This document shows, piece after piece, positions 41,547-48,940 of a stretch of 64,000 bases of DNA; position 1 is the first letter of the stretch; each line of letters opens with the position of its first letter. The DNA is from Nitrospinaceae bacterium. Its GTDB lineage: Bacteria > Nitrospinota > Nitrospinia > Nitrospinales > Nitrospinaceae. The notes beneath the pieces are model-generated. The model saw nothing but the letters and a program-made list of their open reading frames with translations. It was not told the DNA's origin and did not search any database. The DNA lies in contig OZ245011.1 in the NCBI GenBank assembly GCA_965223665.1, positions 2,464,001 through 2,528,000 on the forward strand. Reading direction: 5' to 3'. Position numbers and translations under genes: made by a program.

Positions 41547-41741
41547 TTAACCTGCTCCCCGACGCATTGCAGACTTTCTTTTCTTTTTAGCTTCCTTCTG
41601 TTTTCTTTTCTTTTTAACGGAAGGTTTTTCGTAAAATCGACGACGTTTTAACTCTTTTAATAATCCCTCTTTTGTCATTTGCCTTTTCAAGGCTTTCAAA
41701 GCTTTATCCACTTGATTTTGGTGTACTGTTACTTCTAACAA
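41547..41741 (-). CDS. rpsU: 30S ribosomal protein S21
   Basis: DKALKALKR..KEG...ELKRRRFYEKPSVKKKRK; AAGGAGG SD favours TTG 41741. Confidence 0.95.
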   Translation of the reverse strand: MLEVTVHQNQVDKALKALKRQMTKEGLLKELKRRRFYEKPSVKKKRKQKEAKKKRKSAMRRGAG

Positions 41742-41903
41742 AAAATCCAACCTCCTTAAATATTAATGGATTGCGGGTTCGCCCCAATTGTTTTGATTGA
41801 GATAAAGATGTTATTATTAAGGAAGTTAGAGGGGATGTCAAGAGGGATATAAAAATCGCCGTGCCCTTTTAGTTATTACATTCATTTACCAAGCAAACTA
41901 AAA

Positions 41904-43148
41904 ATGCCTTTAAAATTAATAAGTTACCACATCACACTCCTTAAAACCTTTAAAATTGTTTTCTTGATCCTTATTGCTCTAAACTTCGGTCATTCCCTGG
42001 GCCGGGCGGAGACTGAATTCTCAATTCCCAATAATGGTTCCCCTTACCGATCCATTGGAGATTTAGAAATCGGTCAAATTCTCCATATTCCCACTGGTGT
42101 GATAGTGAATTTTGATCAAATGATGGATACCGTTTCCAGTTCAAGAGTAATCTATATTGGAGAAACTCACGACAATATTGAAGCCCACCGTATTCAACTA
42201 AAGGTTCTAAACGCAATTAATCAAAGATATCCTGGAAAAATTGCGCTTGGCATGGAAATGTTTCGCCAATCAGCACAACCTCAATTAGATGAATGGTCTA
42301 CAGGGAAATTAAAGGATAAAAATTTTCGTCGATTATTTCGCGAAAACTGGGGATCCGGGTTTCAATTATATGCACCTATATTTGATTTTGCACGCCAAAA
42401 TCACATTCCACTATTGGGGTTGAAATCCTCTAAAGAAACCGAGCAACGTTTTCGCGAAGAGGGACTGAACCTGCCAAATCTGCCTACTCTAGATACAAAT
42501 GATATTTACCATAAAGCTTATTCCATGTCTTTATTTGGTGGGAATAGCACACACAAGGAAGTGGTTTCCAAACCTTACCAAATGCTGGTTCTTTGGGAAG
42601 AAGCTATGGGAAAACGCGTTGCTCAGTTTTTAAGTAATGAAAAATACAAAGATTGGAAGCTGGTCGTTTTGGCGGGTGGTTTTCATGTTCAGTATGGTTA
42701 TGGCATTCCCAAACGAGCCTTTCGTCGCTTTCCTCATGCCTATTCTATTATTCTTCCCACTGTAACTGAAATACCCGAAAACTTGAAAGATCGGGAAATG
42801 AAATTTGAAAAAGTTTCCACACCCTTATACATTGCCGATTTTGGATGGAAAGTTGAATATAGGGTCCCTCCACCAAAAAAAATAAGGCTAGGAATTCATT
42901 TAAAAGAAAAAGACGATGGCTTATTAATCCTTAGCGTCCAACCTGAATCTTCGGCAGAAAATATGGGATTGAAAAAAAATGATCTCATCTTGAAATTGGA
43001 AAATCATTTAATTATTGATGTAGAAGACCTATCCAATAAATTACAGCAACACAAATTTGGAGATATTATAGAACTTGAAATAAAAAGGGACGGTGAAACC
43101 AAACAAATTCAAGGGACCCTTAAGGAAATAAAAAATCAAAAAAAATAA
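41904..43148 (+). CDS. ChaN/EreA-like family protein fused to a C-terminal PDZ domain
   Basis: IYIGETHDN..H, LGMEMF, WEEAM and VLAGGFH; PDZ RLGI..V.PESSAENMGLKKNDLI..RDG. Confidence 0.85.
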   Translation: MPLKLISYHITLLKTFKIVFLILIALNFGHSLGRAETEFSIPNNGSPYRSIGDLEIGQILHIPTGVIVNFDQMMDTVSSSRVIYIGETHDNIEAHRIQLKVLNAINQRYPGKIALGMEMFRQSAQPQLDEWSTGKLKDKNFRRLFRENWGSGFQLYAPIFDFARQNHIPLLGLKSSKETEQRFREEGLNLPNLPTLDTNDIYHKAYSMSLFGGNSTHKEVVSKPYQMLVLWEEAMGKRVAQFLSNEKYKDWKLVVLAGGFHVQYGYGIPKRAFRRFPHAYSIILPTVTEIPENLKDREMKFEKVSTPLYIADFGWKVEYRVPPPKKIRLGIHLKEKDDGLLILSVQPESSAENMGLKKNDLILKLENHLIIDVEDLSNKLQQHKFGDIIELEIKRDGETKQIQGTLKEIKNQKK

Positions 43149-43189
43149 AAAAAACTTGATCAATTTTTTCGATTTTTATAGTATGCGGC

Positions 43190-43585
43190 ATGCTCCGTAA
43201 AATATTTATTATCTTAATCGCAACTCTTGCATTTCTTTTTTGCGCTTCTGTATCCAGTGCGGGTCATAAGCATTACAAATCTCCTGGATTTGCTTCCAAA
43301 CATAAAATGGCTGACCATAGTTGCCCTTTGAATCATTCGCACGCTGGATTGCCCTGCCCACATTCAACCAAACACCAAGGAAAACAGGGTTGTCTTATTG
43401 GAGTGGATTGCGGGGGATCACCCTTAACTGCAATTCCATTCCCTAACATTTCTAAAAATCAATTTATTTCAAGTCACTCTATTTCTCTTACTAAGAAAGA
43501 AAATTATTCAATCCTAAATTTTAAAACTCCACTTTTTGAATTTATTTTTTTAGATTCATTAGATCCCCCTCCCAAATTTATCTAA
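43190..43585 (+). CDS. Secreted His/Cys-rich small protein with C-terminal DPPP (DUF2946/CutF-like)
   Basis: Signal peptide ending SSA; 8 His and 4 Cys in about 50 aa; ends LDPPPKFI. Confidence 0.7.
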   Translation: MLRKIFIILIATLAFLFCASVSSAGHKHYKSPGFASKHKMADHSCPLNHSHAGLPCPHSTKHQGKQGCLIGVDCGGSPLTAIPFPNISKNQFISSHSISLTKKENYSILNFKTPLFEFIFLDSLDPPPKFI

Positions 43586-43962
43586 ATCATTTCTAAAAGA
43601 AACGTGATTTTATTATCAAGGGTCATGCTTTGCCTAAATTCCTTTGATGCAAATCATTTTTCCAAAGACACTAAAAATCGATCTATACATTATTTGATGT
43701 ATTCGAAGACAAAGGTGCCACAATCCGTGTGGCTTTGATCCAATTCCATTTTGGATGGATAAAAGCTAATGGTAACAAACTCCTTAAACTCTGGTTGGGA
43801 ATGAACCTCCACCGACCAATAATTTTGGTTGGAAACAATCTTTTACCCTGCCTCAACAAGGATTTAGCTTGCAAAGCCACGCGGGGTGCATCTTGTGCTT
43901 GTGGATTTTTAATATATTCAATGTAAAAAAGTAATCCAATTAAATTTCAAGGAGAGCAAAAA

Positions 43963-44772
43963 ATGAGATCAAATTTATTTTCAAAAAGTAGAATTGATAC
44001 CCTTTTATACGGGGTTTTATTAACCACCTTTTTAGCAACAACGTTATTCTCTGTTAATGGATTTGCCAATCCACATACGACCATACTTAAAAAGAACAAC
44101 CCTGTGGATTTTTCTGTTAGAGATGAATTGGAAGGAAGTTCAAGCATTATCAATCACATTCGAATTCCCCACGGTTGTAATGGATCTGCCATAACAGCGA
44201 TGGGTGTGGTATTTCCGAATGGAGATGTGGATGCAGTAAGAATGGATACCGGAGATGAAATCGACCCTTCCGATCACATTAATGGGAATGCCATTAGTGG
44301 GGCCAAACCGGTTCAAAATCATAATATTTTCAGAAGAATTCGATACCGTGAAGCTGCTGACCCAAATTCACCTGGCAATAACAACGTTCGCGCTTTTCAA
44401 TTTAGAACAGGTTGGTTGGATCCTGGACTGATCGGTTTGATAGCATTTAATGCAAACTTTCCTTCTTTTAAGGAAGAATCATGTGCTAAAAAACTTCGAG
44501 TAAATATTGCCATTGCAAACTATTGCACAAAGTCACAGGTAGGAGATGACAGAGCAGATATTTGGATTGGCCATTTCACGCCAAAGTTTGACGATCCAGT
44601 ATTAGTGGTTCAAAGCCCACCGGGTTTTTGGCCTCATTTAAATGTTATTCGGGATCTGGAGAATAATCCACTTCCAGATGGGTGCGGCGAAGGATATGAA
44701 ATTGCTGTTTCCCCTTCTTCAAGCGACATAGATGAATATTTACCCATTCCTCAATACTGGCCTGCAAATTAA
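43963..44772 (+). CDS. YcnI/DUF1775-like secreted copper-binding protein
   Basis: AAGGAG SD; signal peptide; HTTI...EG...RIPHGC.G..IT...V.FP matches the DUF1775 N-terminal pattern. Confidence 0.65.
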   Translation: MRSNLFSKSRIDTLLYGVLLTTFLATTLFSVNGFANPHTTILKKNNPVDFSVRDELEGSSSIINHIRIPHGCNGSAITAMGVVFPNGDVDAVRMDTGDEIDPSDHINGNAISGAKPVQNHNIFRRIRYREAADPNSPGNNNVRAFQFRTGWLDPGLIGLIAFNANFPSFKEESCAKKLRVNIAIANYCTKSQVGDDRADIWIGHFTPKFDDPVLVVQSPPGFWPHLNVIRDLENNPLPDGCGEGYEIAVSPSSSDIDEYLPIPQYWPAN

Positions 44773-44796
44773 TTGGTCCGTGGAAGAACATTTTAT

Positions 44797-44839
44797 GGGA
44801 TTCGCTATAAAATTTTGTAGCGGATCCTTAAATTGTTTT
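44797..44839 (+). terminator. Terminator-like hairpin after the YcnI-like gene
   Basis: GGGATTCGCTATA/TGTAGCGGATCCT 13-bp stem whose G-U pairs work on the + strand, followed by a T-rich tail. Confidence 0.65.
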
Positions 44840-44843
44840 AAAT

Positions 44844-45599
44844 TTAATCCATAGATTGGACTAATTGTTCAAGTTGCGAGTCACCTGTAAGCTGGAGAAA
44901 AATATCTTCTAATTGACCCTGATCCATTTGGGCTTTTTCTCTAAGGTCATTTAGAGAACCGAGTGCAATTAGTTCTCCTTTTTGAATAATCCCAATACGG
45001 TCGCACATACTTTGAGCAATACTCAACGAGTGAGTGGACATAAAAAGACTTGCACCTTTTTTACATAAATCTTGAAATAACTGTTTCACTTGTCGGGCTC
45101 CCTTAGGGTCAAGTCCAACCATAGGCTCGTCCACAATTAATACTTTTGGATCATGGAGTAGTGCACCAGAAATTATTAATTTTTGTTTCATTCCATGGGA
45201 ATAACTTTCCACCAATTCATCAGCTGCATCCATTAAATCGAAAAACTCTAAATATTGTTGGGCTCTATTTTCAACATGGAATTTATCCATTTCATAGAGA
45301 TCACCAATAAATGAAAGATACTCTCGACCAGTAAGTTTTTCATAAATAAATGGTCGATCTGGAATATAACCTAACTTCTTCTTTGCAGCTTCAGGGTCCA
45401 ATGCTAAATCATGTCCAGCTACTAAAACTGAACCGTTTGTGGGTTTCAAAAGACCCACCAGCATCTTTATAGTTGTAGTTTTCCCTGCACCATTGGGCCC
45501 AAGAAACCCAAAAAATTCCCCCTTTGGAATATCCAGATTCAGACACTTTACCGCTTCATTATTTTTATATGTTTTTGTGAGGTTTTTTAATTGAATCAC
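44844..45599 (-). CDS. ABC transporter ATP-binding protein (ABC-2/exporter type)
   Basis: GPNGAGKTT, YSHGMKQ, VDEPMVGLDP and STH. Confidence 0.95.
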   Translation of the reverse strand: MIQLKNLTKTYKNNEAVKCLNLDIPKGEFFGFLGPNGAGKTTTIKMLVGLLKPTNGSVLVAGHDLALDPEAAKKKLGYIPDRPFIYEKLTGREYLSFIGDLYEMDKFHVENRAQQYLEFFDLMDAADELVESYSHGMKQKLIISGALLHDPKVLIVDEPMVGLDPKGARQVKQLFQDLCKKGASLFMSTHSLSIAQSMCDRIGIIQKGELIALGSLNDLREKAQMDQGQLEDIFLQLTGDSQLEQLVQSMD

Positions 45600-45705
45600 G
45601 TGCGGATAATTAAGATAAGTGTAATCACTTTTTGTTGATTAGCATCGCCATAAATTTTAGTGGAAAAAAGAAATTAAGTTTCTAAAGGTACTTTTTTGGT
45701 CTCAA

Positions 45706-45978
45706 TTAGATTATTTCAAATGACGATAATCCCTTGGGAGCTATCCACTCTATATCTATTTCCTTAACGGATGCAAGCACAGGACCTTTACGACACCATT
45801 CAATAAATTTTTCAATTTTTTCTTTGGTTCCTTCGGCGTGTATTTCTACGGAACCGTCCTGACAATTCCTCACCCAACCAGTCAGACCCAGTTCTTTTGC
45901 AGATTTTTCTGTACCAGCGCGGAAATATACTCCCTGGACTCTACCACGAACACTAAGATGAACTGCAGACTCCATCAC
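45706..45978 (-). CDS. acyP: Acylphosphatase
   Basis: GRVQGVYFR and GWVRN..DGSVE. Confidence 0.95.
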   Translation of the reverse strand: MMESAVHLSVRGRVQGVYFRAGTEKSAKELGLTGWVRNCQDGSVEIHAEGTKEKIEKFIEWCRKGPVLASVKEIDIEWIAPKGLSSFEII

Positions 45979-45984
45979 GAACCA

Positions 45985-46221
45985 TTATTCTCCACGATTC
46001 GCTTTATCGTAAAGATTTTGAACTTCTCGATAAATAGAAAATTTAGATCCCTCACCAATTTTCTCTCCATATTTCCCTAAATCTCTCATTATTCGCTGAA
46101 ACTCAGACAATCCCCCAGTGAAATTATCTATGAGAGGACGAAAAGAAGCTTGCTCTTCATTATCCAACCGATCACAAATTTGCCTTAGTCGATTTTTTAA
46201 ATCTTCGTAGTTCTTTTCCAT
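45985..46221 (-). CDS. Small helical hypothetical protein
   Basis: 78-aa ORF directly upstream of acyP, with a promoter abutting the ATG. Confidence 0.7.
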   Translation of the reverse strand: MEKNYEDLKNRLRQICDRLDNEEQASFRPLIDNFTGGLSEFQRIMRDLGKYGEKIGEGSKFSIYREVQNLYDKANRGE

Positions 46222-46306
46222 AGCCGTATGTTACTCGCAAGAATTTAGCTTTGCAACGAAATTTCCTAACCCGCTCTGACGAAATAAACTTTCCAAAAAC
46301 TTAAAA

Positions 46307-46341
46307 TTGACCTATCGATATATTTTGTGGTATATATCGAT
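46307..46341 (+). promoter_or_regulatory. ModE-type operator overlapping the modABC promoter
   Basis: ATCGATATATT-N6-TATATATCGAT (46314-46341) versus the consensus ATCGnTATATA-N6-TATATAnCGAT; TTGACC at 46307. Confidence 0.85.
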
Positions 46342-46363
46342 ATTAATTTCTCTATAAATTCAT

Positions 46364-47137
46364 ATGAGACACCCAATTCTAATATTCATTTTTTTCCTTA
46401 ATTACTTTTTCACTTTGCCTATTGTAGAAGCGGAGCCAGTAACTGCTGCAGTTTCATCTAATTTTTTAAATACCTTTAAGCATATCGCCGGTGAATTTGA
46501 AAAATCTACCGGAAATAAAGTTCATATTGTATCTGGATCCACAGGTAAGCTTTTCACCCAAATCGTCCATGGAGCACCCTATGATATTTTTTTAGCCGCC
46601 GACCAAAAGCGCCCAGCACTATTAAAAAAAAGAGGATTAGTTCTCAAAGAAGCTTGGACATATGCCTTCGGTAAATTAGTCCTTTGGACCACAAACTCGA
46701 AATATGATCTTAAAGAGGGAGAAAAATTTTTAAGAAAAAGTTCTTTCAAGTACATTGCACTAGCAAATCCTAAAACTGCACCCTATGGTAAGGCGACCCT
46801 TGACACATTGAATAATTTAAAGCTTTACCAAAAACTAAAATCCAAAATGGTATTTGGAGAAAATGTGGGGCAGACTTTTCAATTTATTGCTACGCAAAAT
46901 GCTGAGTTAGGGTTTATTTCTTTATCTCAAGTACTGGATCCAAATTTAAAAATAAAAGGAACCTATTGGAAAGTTCCAGTAAATTATTACGATCCCATTG
47001 CTCAAGATATAGTTCTACTTAAACAAAAAAGTATTAATTCTTCCGCTGTAGATTTACTCGATTTTTTAAAATCAAAATCTACACAAAGGATAATTGAAAA
47101 ATACGGTTATGGAATAACAAATAAGGAAATAAAATGA
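46364..47137 (+). CDS. modA: Molybdate ABC transporter substrate-binding protein
   Basis: GSTGKL..QI.HGAPYDIFLAAD, ANPKTAPYG and GENVGQ. Confidence 0.95.
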   Translation: MRHPILIFIFFLNYFFTLPIVEAEPVTAAVSSNFLNTFKHIAGEFEKSTGNKVHIVSGSTGKLFTQIVHGAPYDIFLAADQKRPALLKKRGLVLKEAWTYAFGKLVLWTTNSKYDLKEGEKFLRKSSFKYIALANPKTAPYGKATLDTLNNLKLYQKLKSKMVFGENVGQTFQFIATQNAELGFISLSQVLDPNLKIKGTYWKVPVNYYDPIAQDIVLLKQKSINSSAVDLLDFLKSKSTQRIIEKYGYGITNKEIK

Positions 47138-47814
47138 ACCACTGGGAAATAGACTGGGGACCTATTTGGATAACCTTGCAACTCGCATTAGTAACTGTCT
47201 TTATTCTTTTATTGATTGGAACTCCACTCGCATGGTGGTTAAGTCAAACAAAATCACGATTACGACCTTGGATAGAAGCCGTTACTACCTTACCTCTGAT
47301 TTTACCTCCAACTGTTCTTGGATTTTATTTATTAATTTTAATAGGTAAAAATGGAATCGTAGGAGGTCCAATTGAGATGCTTACCGGATCTACTTTGGCA
47401 TTTTCCTTTACAGGACTAGTAATTGCTTCAACCATTTATTCCCTTCCATTTGTGGTCCAACCTCTACAAACGGCTTTTGAATCTGTTGGAGTGTCCCCTT
47501 TAGAAGCCGCATGGACTTTACGCGCATCTAAATGGGATTCTTTTTTAACAGTCGCTTCTCCATTGGCTTTTCGCGGTTACTTAACAGCAGTTGTCTTAGG
47601 GTTTGCCCACACGCTAGGAGAGTTTGGAGTGGTGTTGATGGTGGGTGGTAATATTCCAGGGAAAACTAAAGTAATCTCTATCGCAATTTATGATTATGTT
47701 GAAACTTTGGAATACGCTCAAGCACATATTCTATCGGCTGGCTTATTAGCCTTTTCTTTTTTAGTTTTATTATTGGTCTATTCTGTTAACCGTCGTTTTC
47801 CAGTCCATTTGTAA
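47134..47814 (+). CDS. modB: Molybdate ABC transporter permease
   Basis: LPLILPPTVLGFYLL and FAHTLGEFGVVLMVGGNIPG. Confidence 0.96.
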   Translation: MNHWEIDWGPIWITLQLALVTVFILLLIGTPLAWWLSQTKSRLRPWIEAVTTLPLILPPTVLGFYLLILIGKNGIVGGPIEMLTGSTLAFSFTGLVIASTIYSLPFVVQPLQTAFESVGVSPLEAAWTLRASKWDSFLTVASPLAFRGYLTAVVLGFAHTLGEFGVVLMVGGNIPGKTKVISIAIYDYVETLEYAQAHILSAGLLAFSFLVLLLVYSVNRRFPVHL

Positions 47815-48914
47815 TGAGTATCATTAAGGCAAAATTCCAAATTAATTTTCCTCCATTTCAATTAGAAACAAACCTTGAAGTCCCCACTAAAGGCGTAACA
47901 GTCATTTTTGGCCCTTCGGGATGTGGAAAAACGACTTTCCTAAAATGCATTGCTGGATTGATACGATCACCCAATGGATATTTTCAATTAGGAGAAGAAA
48001 TTTGGCAAGATGAAACCAAAAATATATTCCGCCCGGTACACAAACGAGGGATTGGGATGGTATTCCAAGAAGCCCGCTTATTTTCCCATATGTCGGTCGA
48101 ATCTAATTTAAAATATGGCCAAAAACGAATTCCATTATCTGAAAGAAGAGTGACTTGGGAACAAATAATAAAAATTATGGATCTAAGCCCCTTATTAAAG
48201 CGGTCTCCCAAAAAATTATCAGGGGGAGAACAACAACGGGTTGCCATCGGTCGCGCTTTATTAACCAGTCCAAAAATTTTATTAATGGACGAACCTCTAG
48301 CAAACCTGGATACCACTCGCAAGTTAGAAATCATTCCCTTCCTGACTAAATTAAAGGAAGAATTAGAAATTCCCATTTTCTATGTTAGCCATTCATTAAC
48401 CGAAGTATTGCAAATAATGGATACACTCGTCTTAATGGGAAACGGGGAAATTATTACAAGTGGCGCAGCCAATAAGGTTATGGCACAAACAAATCTTCCT
48501 CAAGCCACTTCATTAAATTTTCGGGGTTCTATCCTAGAAACCAAAGTTGTTGACCATGATATAGAATTTAATTTGACACGGGTTCAATTTAGAAATCATT
48601 TTCTGTATATTCCCCGCCAGCCTTTTAGCTCTGGACAAACTTTACGTTTGCATGTTTTGGCAAAAGATATAAGTATTCATTTAAACCCGCCTCAAGGACC
48701 AACCAGCGTACTCAATATATTATCGGGAACAGTATTAGAAATTGGAATGATAAATTCAAAAGAATCGTCAGTAGAAATTCAATTAGACGTAGGAGAGCCT
48801 ATATTAGCTACCATAACTCGAAAATCTCTCCATGACCTGGACTTAAAACCTGGCCAGCAAGTTTATCTTTACTTTAAAGCGGTAAAAATGATTCACGAAA
48901 TTGAAGAGAACTAA
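47814..48914 (+). CDS. modC: Molybdate ABC transporter ATPase with a TOBE domain
   Basis: GPSGCGKTT, VFQEARLF, LSGGEQQRVAIGRALL and TSVLN..ATITRKS. Confidence 0.96.
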   Translation: MSIIKAKFQINFPPFQLETNLEVPTKGVTVIFGPSGCGKTTFLKCIAGLIRSPNGYFQLGEEIWQDETKNIFRPVHKRGIGMVFQEARLFSHMSVESNLKYGQKRIPLSERRVTWEQIIKIMDLSPLLKRSPKKLSGGEQQRVAIGRALLTSPKILLMDEPLANLDTTRKLEIIPFLTKLKEELEIPIFYVSHSLTEVLQIMDTLVLMGNGEIITSGAANKVMAQTNLPQATSLNFRGSILETKVVDHDIEFNLTRVQFRNHFLYIPRQPFSSGQTLRLHVLAKDISIHLNPPQGPTSVLNILSGTVLEIGMINSKESSVEIQLDVGEPILATITRKSLHDLDLKPGQQVYLYFKAVKMIHEIEEN

Positions 48915-48940
48915 TAACCCAAAACCAGTTTTAGAAGCAT

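Noticed and set aside
43710-43855. Cobalamin riboswitch (AGGTGC, GGGAA and CCTGCC fragments)
   Set aside because: The GGGAA-x-GGTG..AAxTCC core and the GCCACTG/B12 box are not in the required order.
43683-43926. Two opposing 65-aa ORFs
   Set aside because: No SD or recognisable composition; the region is better explained as structured RNA.
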